NCBI GenBank assembly: GCA_934660865.1
Contig: CAKUIA010000009.1
Location: 1-32,000 of the forward strand
Direction of reading: 5' to 3'
DNA from: an uncultured Opitutales bacterium
GTDB taxonomy: Bacteria > Verrucomicrobiota > Verrucomicrobiia > Opitutales > Intestinicryptomonadaceae
Length of the DNA: 32,000 bases
Below are positions 16,446-25,646 of the stretch, piece by piece. Within the stretch, counting starts at the first letter, position 1; each line of letters opens with the position of its first letter. Both the position numbers and the translations under genes were made by a program. The notes under the pieces are model-generated. The model had not been told where the DNA came from. It saw nothing but the letters and a program-made list of their open reading frames with translations, and did no database searches.

Positions 16446-18578
16446 ATGGATACAAAGCAGGAAAACATTTTATACCTAAACAGGGAATTAAGCTGGATGG
16501 CCTTCAACAAAAGGGTGCTTAATTTGTGCGTTGAAAAGACATTCCCGATTTTGGAGCAAATGCGCTTTTTATCGATTGTAAGCACCAATTTAGACGAGTT
16601 TTACGAAATAAGGGTGGCGGGCCTGCTGCAAAAGTCGGAGGCCCCCGTTGCAGCCTCCGATTCGCCCGACAAAATGGGCCCGAGGGAGCAGCTTGCAAAA
16701 ATAAGAGTGCTAACCCTTGCAATGCTCGCCGAAAAAAACAAGATTTGGAAAACCCACATTTTGCCCGAGCTGAAGAAAAACGGCGTGCTTTTTAAAGAGC
16801 CAAGTGCCTGCAGCCCAAGCGAAAAGGCATGGCTTAAAAACTATTTTACGCAGAATATATACCCCGTGTTGACGCCTTTGGCTATAGACCCTGCGCACCC
16901 GTTCCCGCACCTGCGCAACAAGGGTATGTATGTTTTTGTGCAGCTGGCGCAAGAGGGCGTAAAGCGCGCGCCGTTAATACCGGCAATAATTCCCATTGCT
17001 CCCATTTTGCCGAGGGTTATTAAAATAGAGGCGCACGCCGCAAATAAAGATTCGTATGTATTTTTAAGCGAATTAGTTAAAGCCTATGCAGGCGAGCTTT
17101 TCAAGGGCTACAAAGTTAAAAGCGCCTCTAACTTCAGGCTTACCCGCAACAGCGACTTGTATTTCGACGAAGAGGAAACCGAAAACCTTTTAAGCACAAT
17201 AGAAAAAGAGCTGCACAAGCGCAAGCAGGGGGCGGCCGTAAGGCTTGAAGTGCAGTCGGACATTAAAGACGCGCCACTAGAGCAGCTTATTTCCGAGCTG
17301 GCAGTCCCGCGCGACTTTGTCTTTAAGATAGAGCACAACCCCATAAATATGGCCCATTTGGCCGAGGCGTATTCGCGCATAAACCGACCGGACCTTAAAT
17401 TTGCCCCGTTTAAGCCCTATCTGCCCGACGCATTCAAAAAGGGCGGCAACATATTCGAAATGATAAGGGATTCGGATATGCTTTTTCACCACCCCTACGA
17501 CAGTTTTGAACCCATAGAATATTTTGTGGAATCGGCTGCAAAAGACGGCGACGTGCTTGCCATAAAAATGACATTATACAGGGTAAACGGCGGTTCGCCC
17601 ATTATAGGCTCGCTTAAAAAGGCAGCCGAAAACGGCAAGCAGGTTACGGTTTTAGTAGAGCTTAAAGCCCGTTTCGACGAGGAAAAGAACATAGAGTGGG
17701 CGCGCCAGCTTGAGGAGGCGGGCGTGCATGTCGTATACGGAATTGTGGGGCTTAAAACCCACTGCAAAATCTGCATGGTTGTCCGCCGCGAAAAGAGGGG
17801 AATACGCCGCTACGCGCATTTGGGAACGGGTAACTACAATTCCATTACCGCCAAGATATATACGGACTTGTCGCTTTTTACCTGCAACATGCAAATATGC
17901 GGCGAAGTTGCCGACGTTTTCAACACCCTTACGGGCAAGTCGGCAAATCCGAAATTCCAAAAGCTTTGGGTTGCCCCGTTCTCGTTTATGGAAAATTTCC
18001 TTAAAATGGTCGAAAGGGAAATTGCAAACGCAAAGGCCGGCAAAGCCGCCCGCATAATAATAAAGGCCAACGCCGTGATAGAAAAAACGGCTATCGACGC
18101 ATTGTACAGGGCGTCGCAGGCGGGCGTTAAGGTTGAGATGGTTGTAAGGGGTATGTGCTCGCTGGTTCCCAACGTAAAGTCTGTTAGCGAAAACATATCG
18201 GTAAAGAGCATTGTGGGCGTATATCTCGAACACAGCCGCATATACTACTTTGAAAACGGCGGCGACTACGAAATATACGCGGGCTCGGGCGACCTGATGA
18301 GCCGCAACCTGTTCCGCCGAATAGAGGTTATATTTCCCGTCGAAAATCCCGAAATAAAGGTGCGCATTAAAGACGAAATTTTGGCGTCGCTTATAAAAGA
18401 CAACGAATTTTCCGACATACTGCACGCGAACGGAGCCTACTATAAATCGCCCGCAAAGGGCGCGCTGTTCTCGGCACAGCGCCATTTTTCGGAGCTTACC
18501 GAAAAACGAAACGCAGAGCAGGCAAGGCGTATGCACGGCGAAAATATGCCGCTAAAAATTGTGGTGCACAAAAAGTAG
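16446..18578 (+). CDS. ppk: Polyphosphate kinase 1
   Basis: Track ORF trimmed from TTG 16431 to ATG 16446. N-terminal NRELSWMAFNKRVL and His-phosphorylation region GLKTHCKICMVVRRE...YAHLGTGNYN. Length is typical of PPK1. Confidence 0.95.
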   Translation: MDTKQENILYLNRELSWMAFNKRVLNLCVEKTFPILEQMRFLSIVSTNLDEFYEIRVAGLLQKSEAPVAASDSPDKMGPREQLAKIRVLTLAMLAEKNKIWKTHILPELKKNGVLFKEPSACSPSEKAWLKNYFTQNIYPVLTPLAIDPAHPFPHLRNKGMYVFVQLAQEGVKRAPLIPAIIPIAPILPRVIKIEAHAANKDSYVFLSELVKAYAGELFKGYKVKSASNFRLTRNSDLYFDEEETENLLSTIEKELHKRKQGAAVRLEVQSDIKDAPLEQLISELAVPRDFVFKIEHNPINMAHLAEAYSRINRPDLKFAPFKPYLPDAFKKGGNIFEMIRDSDMLFHHPYDSFEPIEYFVESAAKDGDVLAIKMTLYRVNGGSPIIGSLKKAAENGKQVTVLVELKARFDEEKNIEWARQLEEAGVHVVYGIVGLKTHCKICMVVRREKRGIRRYAHLGTGNYNSITAKIYTDLSLFTCNMQICGEVADVFNTLTGKSANPKFQKLWVAPFSFMENFLKMVEREIANAKAGKAARIIIKANAVIEKTAIDALYRASQAGVKVEMVVRGMCSLVPNVKSVSENISVKSIVGVYLEHSRIYYFENGGDYEIYAGSGDLMSRNLFRRIEVIFPVENPEIKVRIKDEILASLIKDNEFSDILHANGAYYKSPAKGALFSAQRHFSELTEKRNAEQARRMHGENMPLKIVVHKK

Positions 18579-18625
18579 AAAAAAGGCGGCAAAAATTTTT
18601 GAATTTGCCGCCTTTTCGCTTTTTG
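18579..18625. terminator. Bidirectional hairpin terminator between convergent ppk and truA
   Basis: AAAAGGCGGCAAA / 10-nt loop / TTTGCCGCCTTTT, up to 13 bp. T-runs follow the stem on both strands. Confidence 0.75.
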
Positions 18626-18642
18626 CCCGAAAGAGGGCCATG

Positions 18643-19386
18643 CTATTTATAGAAAACTTTGTCGAGCCTAAGTCCCTCGGCGGGGGCCGCCCTTATTTCG
18701 GTGCCCCTTATTTCGGCAAGCAAAATACGCTGCAAATCCTGCTTGGTAAGCTTGCCCAAGCCCACCTGCACAAGCGCGCCTACAAGCATTCTAACCATCT
18801 TGTATAGATAGCCGCTGCCGAGCGTGCTTATAGTGATTGTCTTGCCGCGCTTTTTTAAATTTAGCTCGTAAATTGTCTTTACGGTGTTTTCTACAACGCC
18901 CTTGCCCCTGTTTGCCGAATATGCCCTGAAATTGTGCGTGCCCAAAAATATTTCGGCGGCGTCTTTCATTTTTTCGAAATCGACTTTCTGCCTTTTTAAA
19001 GACCACACATAGCGCGTAGTTTCGGGCATGGCAAAGCCCTCGTAGATTTTGTATACATAGCGCTTTTTTATAACGCTAAACCTTGCGTGGAATTTTGGGC
19101 TGCACTTTTTAAGGGACAAAATTAAAACGTCCCTTCGGTGGTGCGAGCGCATTGCAATTAAAAGCTGTTCGACGGCGTGCGGCCAGTCGGCGTCGAAATG
19201 GAACACCTGCGCGTTCGCGTGCACGCCCGCGTCGGTTCTGCCGCTTGCGTGTATGCGCACGGGCTTTTTGAAAATCGCAAACAGCCTTTTTTCTATGAAA
19301 TCCTGCACGCTAAGGCCGTTGGGCTGGCTTTGCCAACCGCAAAAATCGGTTCCGTCGTAGCTGCATATGCACTTAAAGCGCGGCAT
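18643..19386 (-). CDS. truA: tRNA pseudouridine(38-40) synthase
   Basis: 247 aa with YDGTDFCGWQ and catalytic motif ASGRTDAGVHA. Confidence 0.93.
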   Translation of the reverse strand: MPRFKCICSYDGTDFCGWQSQPNGLSVQDFIEKRLFAIFKKPVRIHASGRTDAGVHANAQVFHFDADWPHAVEQLLIAMRSHHRRDVLILSLKKCSPKFHARFSVIKKRYVYKIYEGFAMPETTRYVWSLKRQKVDFEKMKDAAEIFLGTHNFRAYSANRGKGVVENTVKTIYELNLKKRGKTITISTLGSGYLYKMVRMLVGALVQVGLGKLTKQDLQRILLAEIRGTEIRAAPAEGLRLDKVFYK

Positions 19387-19810
19387 TGTCCAAATACTCC
19401 TGCAAAACCACCGCGCTCGAGCGCGAGTCTATGTCGCCGCTTTTTCTGTATTTCTTTTTCTGTTTAACCGACTTTTTCTTTTTCGAAAAAAAGTTCATGT
19501 CGTTTTCAACCTGAAACGAGCTTAAACGCTCGTCGGCGGTGTCGAACTTCAGGTTCGGAAACTCCCTTTTTAGGCGCTCTATGAAGGCGTCTACCTCCTT
19601 CGCCTTAAAGCCCGAAGAGCCGTCCATATTGTAGGGGTAGCCCACCAATATAAGCTCTATTTTTTTAGAGCAAACCTCTTTGGCTATGTGGGCTATGCGG
19701 CTTTCAAAGTCGGGCTCTACGGCGGCGGGCAAAGGCAGTGCTATGCCAACTTCGTCGGCGTACGAAAGCCCGACGCGCTTTTCGCCGTAATCTATGCACA
19801 ATATGTTCAT
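19373..19810 (-). CDS. ruvX: Putative pre-16S rRNA nuclease / Holliday junction resolvase-like YqgF
   Basis: Track ORF trimmed from TTG 19834 to ATG 19810 (MNILCIDYGEKRVGLS...). Motifs ILVGYPYNMDGS and DERLSS. Overlaps the truA start by 14 nt. Confidence 0.9.
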   Translation of the reverse strand: MNILCIDYGEKRVGLSYADEVGIALPLPAAVEPDFESRIAHIAKEVCSKKIELILVGYPYNMDGSSGFKAKEVDAFIERLKREFPNLKFDTADERLSSFQVENDMNFFSKKKKSVKQKKKYRKSGDIDSRSSAVVLQEYLDNAAL

Positions 19811-19882
19811 TCTTTTGCAATCCGTTTTGGACAATTTTTTTTTATTTGCAAGCGATAAAGTTTTTATGCAAGCTAAAAAGCC

Positions 19883-20590
19883 GTGAAAGACGACATTAAA
19901 AACCTACTTGTTTTGCAGGACAAAGACGCAAAAATATTCGACATAAACTCGAAAATAGCCGCGGCCTCGGCCAAGATTGCCGAATGCGAAAAAAACATTG
20001 AAATGCAGAAAACCCTTATCGGCGAATTCGAGGGCAAGGTTGCCGCGCTGCAAAGCCGCAGAATGTCGCTGCGCGCCGGGCGAAAGGCGGCAGAAGACAG
20101 AATTTTAAAATATAAAACGCAGCTGCTATCCGTAAAAAAGAACGACGAATACGCGGCTTTGAACGCGGCAATAGACAAGTCGGTACAAGAGGTTTCCTCC
20201 TTCGAGGAAAAAGAGCTTGAAATTATGTTCGAAACAGACGAGCTTAAGCCCAAGCTTGAGGCCGAAAAACGGGAGCGTCAAAAAAACATAGACGAAATAA
20301 ATTCGCAAAAAAATTTGTTTGCCGAGCAAATAAAAAATTTGAATACGGCGATGGAAAACGCGCAGATAGACAGGCGCAATGCCGAAACAAAGGTCTCTTC
20401 CAAATTTTTAACCGCCTACGAAGCGGTGTTAAAAAGCAAAAAGCGCCTGCCCGTTATCGCCTATGTAGACGATTCGCGCTGTTCGGGCTGCCACCTTAAA
20501 ATATCGTCGGATTTGGAGACAATGGCAAAACTTGCCGACAACCCCGTATTTTGCGAGCATTGCGGCAGGCTTATATACGTGTACAGCTAA
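19883..20590 (+). CDS. Coiled-coil protein with C-terminal C4 zinc ribbon (COG1579 / zf-RING_7, DUF164 family)
   Basis: 235 aa, GTG start. Long coiled coil followed by CSGCHLKISS...FCEHCGRLIY (CxxC...CxxC). Confidence 0.85.
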   Translation: MKDDIKNLLVLQDKDAKIFDINSKIAAASAKIAECEKNIEMQKTLIGEFEGKVAALQSRRMSLRAGRKAAEDRILKYKTQLLSVKKNDEYAALNAAIDKSVQEVSSFEEKELEIMFETDELKPKLEAEKRERQKNIDEINSQKNLFAEQIKNLNTAMENAQIDRRNAETKVSSKFLTAYEAVLKSKKRLPVIAYVDDSRCSGCHLKISSDLETMAKLADNPVFCEHCGRLIYVYS

Positions 20591-22914
20591 TTTTCCCGTT
20601 CGTCGCTTTCCGAAAGCCCGAATTTTTTTGAAAAGTTTTCGAGATTGCGCGCGCTGCCTACGCACAAAATGGTGTCGAGCGCCTCTATTTTACTGTCGGC
20701 CGCGGGTTTTGCATATTTGCCGTCGCTGCGCTTTATGCTGGTAATTTTCACCATATAAAGTCTGCTTATGTCGCTTTGCGCAAGGGTGTTGCCGACAAGG
20801 GGCGAGTCGGAGGGAACAAGCAGTTTCTGCGAATACGAATTCAGCTTTTCTTCGGCGTAAAGGTTGTCGAGGTCGTTATTCGGGGCAAGCAGTATTTTTT
20901 CGGCGAAGTCTAAAGACTGCTTTTCGCCGTTTAAAACCACGACGTCGTCGGGGTATATGCCCGTTGTAGGCAGTATGTCGTATATTACGAATCGGCCCCT
21001 TTTTATCGCCACAATTTCGGCTCCGGTAGAGCTTCTTATGCCGAGCTCTTTTACGCTTTTGCCCGCCGCAAACGACAGGTCGCCTATGGTGATTTCGCGC
21101 AGCTGCCCGCCCCACGAATATTCGCTTTTAAGCTTTTGCACCATTTCCTCTTTTCGGGTTTCGTCGGCGTTCTTTAAGTGCCGGGTTAAAACGGTTAAAA
21201 AGCGCCCCTTAAGCGACGTGTTTATAGTCGAGAATTTGCGCCAGAAAATTCCCACGCCTACGGCGGCAAAAACAACGTACATTGCCGCCGCCTTTTTGTC
21301 CATATAGTAGGCGATAATGGCCATGTAGAGCACCACAAACAAAAGGGCCACCATTGTCTGGAAAATTATGCGCAAAACGCTGCGCATTTTTTCGGCGGTT
21401 GCGGGCTTTATGTGCGAGTTTTCGAACGCGATTTTGAAGATGATTTTCGAAATCGTGTCTATGTTTTTAAGCACGCCTATAATGAGGGGGAAAGTCAGTA
21501 TTGCAAGGGCCGCCCACAAGCCTATGCCCCAATAGCCCTGAACTATTTTGCGGTCGTACAGATACGTTAAAATAACGACGCTTACTATTATTATCGCGTT
21601 GAAAAGCACTGTGTATATGCCTATCTGCAAAAACGGGGCCAGGCACGCCTTTATGTATTCGCTTTTGGCCGCCGACTGCGAAATTGTCTTTAGTATTCTG
21701 TGGTACAGGTCGAACACAAGGGCGGCCTTGCTCGGAACAAGGCGGCTAAAGCCCGAATATAGCTTTTCGGCCCTGCCCGACATTATCGGGCTAAATATCA
21801 GCGTAAAGAATGAAACGCCCATCGTTATCGAAAGAATGTTGGGGCTAATGAGGTTGTAGTTTACGCCCAAGCCCGCAATTACAAAGCTAAATTCGCCTAT
21901 CTGCGCCAAGTTTATGGCCGCAAAGAACGAATTTTTTGCGCTGGCCCCCCCGAATAAAATTCCCAAAAAGGTGCCGAAGGTTCTAAATACCATCAATGCC
22001 GCCGTAATGCAGACAATGGGCAGCCACATATTCAGGATAGACCCCGGCACAATCTTTGTTCCTATGGATACAAAGAACAGCGCTATAAAAAGGTTTCTAA
22101 ACGGGCTGGACAAATTCTCTATGCGGTTTGAAACGGCCGTTCCCGAAATTATGGAGCCCGCCAAAAACGCGCCCAACGCCTGCGACAACTGCGCAATTTC
22201 GGCAAGCTGGCCAAGCCCCAAAACCAACAGGAACGTGAACATTACAAGCAGTTGCGCGTTTTCCGAAAAGGCTATTTTTTTAAGCAAATACGGCGCGCAA
22301 AGCTTGCCTATTACAAACACGCTTACAACAAAGGTTATCATAACCGACAGCTTTTGCACCATTTGCGCCGCCATATTTTGCGAATCGCCCACCGACGACT
22401 GCGCCGCCATGCCCGAAATGCCGACGAGCAGGAATATTGCAAAAAGGTCCTCCAAAATTAAGATGCCTATCGAAATCTGCGCAAATTCCTTTGACATTTG
22501 CCCCCTTTGCGTAAAGTGCTCCACTATCACTATTGTGGAATTCATCGCCAAAATCGCGCCCAAAAACACGCCTTCGGTTGCGGTCATGTGCATTACTTTT
22601 GCCGCCGCCATGCCCAAAAGCGCCATCGAAAGCATTTGGAATGTTATCCCGAAAAAGCTGGGCACAAAAACCTTTTTAAGCTTTTCCAGATTAAACTCCA
22701 TTCCTATAAAGAACATCATAAAAAGAACGCCAAGCTCGCCTATCTGGTTTATGCTTGCGCTGTCGTGCAGCAAATTGCACACGGGCGAAAGCAAAATGCC
22801 CGTAATTATGTAGCCCAAAATGGGGGGCTGTTTAAGGAAGGTAGACAACAGTGTCGCCGCAGCCGCAAACACCGCAATTATAGCCAAATCTTCTATGAGG
22901 AAAAACTGTTCCAT
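20587..22914 (-). CDS. CPA2-type cation:proton antiporter with extra TM module and two C-terminal TrkA-C (RCK_C) domains
   Basis: 775 aa. Na+/H+ exchanger-type N-terminal half (…PPILGYIITGILLSP…), about four further TM helices, then two TrkA-C-like repeats (…GKSVKELGIRSSTGAEIVAIKRGRF…DDVVVLNGE… and …GNTLAQSDISRLYMVKITSIKRSDG…LDTILCVGS…). Confidence 0.9.
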   Translation of the reverse strand: MEQFFLIEDLAIIAVFAAAATLLSTFLKQPPILGYIITGILLSPVCNLLHDSASINQIGELGVLFMMFFIGMEFNLEKLKKVFVPSFFGITFQMLSMALLGMAAAKVMHMTATEGVFLGAILAMNSTIVIVEHFTQRGQMSKEFAQISIGILILEDLFAIFLLVGISGMAAQSSVGDSQNMAAQMVQKLSVMITFVVSVFVIGKLCAPYLLKKIAFSENAQLLVMFTFLLVLGLGQLAEIAQLSQALGAFLAGSIISGTAVSNRIENLSSPFRNLFIALFFVSIGTKIVPGSILNMWLPIVCITAALMVFRTFGTFLGILFGGASAKNSFFAAINLAQIGEFSFVIAGLGVNYNLISPNILSITMGVSFFTLIFSPIMSGRAEKLYSGFSRLVPSKAALVFDLYHRILKTISQSAAKSEYIKACLAPFLQIGIYTVLFNAIIIVSVVILTYLYDRKIVQGYWGIGLWAALAILTFPLIIGVLKNIDTISKIIFKIAFENSHIKPATAEKMRSVLRIIFQTMVALLFVVLYMAIIAYYMDKKAAAMYVVFAAVGVGIFWRKFSTINTSLKGRFLTVLTRHLKNADETRKEEMVQKLKSEYSWGGQLREITIGDLSFAAGKSVKELGIRSSTGAEIVAIKRGRFVIYDILPTTGIYPDDVVVLNGEKQSLDFAEKILLAPNNDLDNLYAEEKLNSYSQKLLVPSDSPLVGNTLAQSDISRLYMVKITSIKRSDGKYAKPAADSKIEALDTILCVGSARNLENFSKKFGLSESDEREN

Positions 22915-23008
22915 TTTATATGAATAACCGTTGTAAAACAGCCATTTTATACATATAAAAAACGCGCCGTTTGCAACATATAAATTGCGGTTTTTTTAAG
23001 CAATTTTC

Positions 23009-23037
23009 TTGACTTGAAAAGGGGGTGCTTGTAGTTT
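23009..23037 (+). promoter_or_regulatory. Candidate sigma70-type promoter for the Gfo/Idh/MocA gene
   Basis: TTGACT (23009-14), 17-nt spacer, TAGTTT (23032-37). This would give a leader of about 110 nt. Confidence 0.3.
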
Positions 23038-23151
23038 GTTCGTCAATTTCACACACGCGCTGTGTTGCGCGGTGTATGGCGTGGCCGCTTTCGCCCCGCC
23101 GATGGGGAAATAAAAAACAATTATCACAAAAAACCAACAAAAGTATATATA

Positions 23152-24549
23152 ATGAAAACAAGCAGAAGAAACTTCATAAAGTCGGCAATGGCTTCGACAT
23201 TCGGTTTCAGCGTATTGCCCAGCTGGGTTGCATGCTCGTCGGCAAGCCCGAATTCGAAACTTAACGTTGCCATTGTAGGCGCGGGCGGCAGGGGCACGGC
23301 CGCAGTTAACGAACTTTGCACATACGACAAGGTAAACGTTGTCGCATTTTGCGATGTAGACGACGAAAGGGCGGCTCAAAGCTACAGAAAATTTCCCGAT
23401 GTTTTGCGCACAAGCGACTACCGCAGAATGTTGGACAAGCTCGGCAAGGACATAGACGCCGTTGCCGTTTGCACGCCCGACCACGCGCACTATCCCATTG
23501 CGACCTGGGCTATGGAAATGGGCAAGCACGTTTATGTGGAAAAGCCCCTTACCCGCACGATTAAGGAATCTAGAATGCTTAAGGATTTTGCGGTTAAAAA
23601 CCCGCAGTTGATTACCCAAATGGGCAATCAGGGCCACACCTACGAAGGTTGGCGCAAGCTTAAGGAATGGAACGACGCTGGCATTTTCGGCGACATAGTT
23701 GAAATCCACCACTGGACAGACCGTCCTTTCTGGCCCCAGGGCGCGTTGCCTTGGCCCGACGGCAAGCAGAAGATTCCCGCCACGCTGGACTACAACTTGT
23801 GGCTGAACGTTGCTCCCAAAAAGCACAAATATGCAAAAGAAGCTTTGGCGTTTAACTGGCGCGGTATCCGCGACTTCGGCACGGGTTCGTTGGGCGACAT
23901 GGGCTGCCACTTTATGGACTGGGGCTATTCGGCGTTGGATTTGGGCTTCCCGACAAAAATTTCGGGCTGGAGCACCGAGTTTAACGACTACAGCTGGCCT
24001 TTGGAAGCGACCGCGGTGTTCGAATTTGCGGGCAAAAACGGCAAAACCATTAAATTGTATTGGTACGACGGCAAGAAAAAGAAGCCCGTTGCCGCAAACT
24101 TCCCCTGCAACAGCAAAATTCCGCAGTCGGAAATCGACAAACTAAAGAACGGCTCGATTGTAATCGGCACAAAGGAAAGCGCAATTTGCACGGACCCCTA
24201 CGGCAACGGCACAATGATATACCCGCGCCCGAGAATGGTTGAATTGGCAAAGGGCGGCAAGCTTCCCGCGCCCACAATTCCCAGAATCAAGAACGGGCCG
24301 CACCGCAACTGGGCAGACTCGTGCATTGCGGGCCACAAGGCGGTTTCCGACTTGGCAACCTACGCGTGCGACTTCAACCAAGTTGTTCTTTTGGGCCTTA
24401 TCCCCAACTTCTTCCCAGGCAGAACCTTGGAATACGACGGCAAGAAGGGCGAATTTACCAATATAAAGGAAGCCAACAAATATCTGCAAAGCAGCTACGA
24501 ATACAATAAGGAATTCCTCATTTCCGAGAAATTCAACCCGATGGCTTAA
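23152..24549 (+). CDS. Tat-exported Gfo/Idh/MocA-family NAD-dependent oxidoreductase (possibly GH109-like)
   Basis: Track ORF trimmed to ATG 23152. Twin-arginine signal MKTSRRNFIKSAMAS..., Rossmann motif VAIVGAGGRGTA, VYVEKPL motif. Confidence 0.9.
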   Translation: MKTSRRNFIKSAMASTFGFSVLPSWVACSSASPNSKLNVAIVGAGGRGTAAVNELCTYDKVNVVAFCDVDDERAAQSYRKFPDVLRTSDYRRMLDKLGKDIDAVAVCTPDHAHYPIATWAMEMGKHVYVEKPLTRTIKESRMLKDFAVKNPQLITQMGNQGHTYEGWRKLKEWNDAGIFGDIVEIHHWTDRPFWPQGALPWPDGKQKIPATLDYNLWLNVAPKKHKYAKEALAFNWRGIRDFGTGSLGDMGCHFMDWGYSALDLGFPTKISGWSTEFNDYSWPLEATAVFEFAGKNGKTIKLYWYDGKKKKPVAANFPCNSKIPQSEIDKLKNGSIVIGTKESAICTDPYGNGTMIYPRPRMVELAKGGKLPAPTIPRIKNGPHRNWADSCIAGHKAVSDLATYACDFNQVVLLGLIPNFFPGRTLEYDGKKGEFTNIKEANKYLQSSYEYNKEFLISEKFNPMA

Positions 24550-24578
24550 TTGCGCATATTTTTATAAAAACAACAAAG

Positions 24579-24617
24579 GCCGCCAAAGGATTTATCCTTG
24601 GCGGCTTTTGTGTTTTT
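24579..24617 (+). terminator. Rho-independent terminator of the Gfo/Idh/MocA gene
   Basis: GCCGCCAA(A)GGA / TTTA / TCCTTGGCGGC followed by TTTTGTGTTTTT, 30 nt after the TAA stop. Confidence 0.8.
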
Positions 24618-24735
24618 GCGCTTTGCATTCGGGCATTAAAAAGGGCGGGTATGCTTGCCGGTTTTTTGCGCCGTTTCGGGGCTTGCAACTGCTTTTTTGT
24701 TTGATTTTTAGGCGATTATATTCGATATTCGTAAA

Positions 24736-25611
24736 ATGCAAAATTTTGTAGGCAACGCCATAAATGTATCGAATTCGCAATGGGGCGAATACGAACTTTT
24801 GGATAGCGGCGACAGGCTAAAACTTGAAAGGTTCGGCAACGTTGTTGTTGTAAGAAGCGAGCCCAAGGCCTGGTGGAAGCCGTCTTTGCCTAAAAGCGAG
24901 TGGCAAAAGTGCAACGCAAGGTATTTCGACGACGACAAAAAAAATTCGGCGTGGAAGTTTTTTGGCGGCAGGGTAAAAGCCCCCGTTTTAAGCTACGGCA
25001 ACATTAAATTTGCGACAAAGTTTATGGACGGCTCGAAGCATTTGGGAGTGTTCCCCGAGCAGGAGCCGCATTGGCGCTTGATTGCGCAAAATGCCCGAAA
25101 AGACGCCAAACTTTTAAATTTGTTCGGCTATACGGGGGCTGCGACTTTGGTTGCGGCAAACGCCGGCTACGAAGTTGTGCATGTAGACGCCTCTAAACCC
25201 TCCATAGACTGGGCAAGGCAAAACCAGCTTTTAAGCGGGTTGGAAAACAAGCCCGTGCGCTGGATATTGGACGACGCCCTAAAATTTGTAAAGCGCCAGG
25301 CCCGCAAGGGCGCAACATACGACGCCATTGTTCTAGACCCTCCCGCATTCGGCAGGGGGCCTAAAAAAGAGCTTTGGAAGCTCGAAAAAATGCTGCCCGA
25401 GCTTCTCGAAAGCTGCGCCGAAATACTTTCAAAAAACCCGCTGTTTGTGGTAATGACGCTCTATTCGATAGAGGCGTCGTCGATAATGGCGGCGAATATG
25501 CTTAAAAAATTCTTCCCGTCGGCCTCGAATATTACCGCGGGCGAGCTTGTTCTTAAAAACGAAACGCCGCTTCCGCTTTCGATATATTCGGCGGCCACTT
25601 GGCAACGGTAA
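24736..25611 (+). CDS. Class I SAM-dependent methyltransferase (COG1092 / RlmI-like catalytic domain, no PUA domain)
   Basis: 291 aa. SAM motif I LNLFGYTGAAT...VHVDAS and motif IV IVLDPPAFG. Confidence 0.85.
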   Translation: MQNFVGNAINVSNSQWGEYELLDSGDRLKLERFGNVVVVRSEPKAWWKPSLPKSEWQKCNARYFDDDKKNSAWKFFGGRVKAPVLSYGNIKFATKFMDGSKHLGVFPEQEPHWRLIAQNARKDAKLLNLFGYTGAATLVAANAGYEVVHVDASKPSIDWARQNQLLSGLENKPVRWILDDALKFVKRQARKGATYDAIVLDPPAFGRGPKKELWKLEKMLPELLESCAEILSKNPLFVVMTLYSIEASSIMAANMLKKFFPSASNITAGELVLKNETPLPLSIYSAATWQR

Positions 25612-25646
25612 ATTTCAAAAAAATCATAAAAAAGGAAAACAACAAA

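Noticed and set aside
17652-18536. 294-aa ORF on the minus strand
   Set aside because: Codon-aligned antisense shadow of ppk.
21914-22813. 299-aa ORF on the plus strand
   Set aside because: Antisense to the CPA2 antiporter, which has clear TM and TrkA-C organisation. The translation is low-complexity and shows no ribosome-binding context.
23038-23151. The ~110-nt leader of the Gfo/Idh/MocA gene, with GC-rich imperfect hairpins, as a possible riboswitch
   Set aside because: No match to any riboswitch core I know (TPP, SAM, B12, c-di-GMP, FMN, glycine, purine). The pairings are short and mismatched.
22996-23910. 304-aa ORF on the minus strand
   Set aside because: It lies exactly antisense, codon-aligned, to the Gfo/Idh/MocA gene, whose Tat signal, Rossmann motif and EKP motif are unambiguous. 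The antisense translation is R/A/V/F-rich with no motif. This is a shadow ORF caused by scarcity of TTA/CTA/TCA codons in the sense frame.
24651-24704. 17-codon mini-ORF (MLAGFLRRFGACNCFFV) between the Gfo terminator and the methyltransferase, as a possible leader peptide
   Set aside because: No attenuator-type alternative hairpins are visible, no regulatory amino-acid run is present, and the RBS is weak. It is most likely chance.
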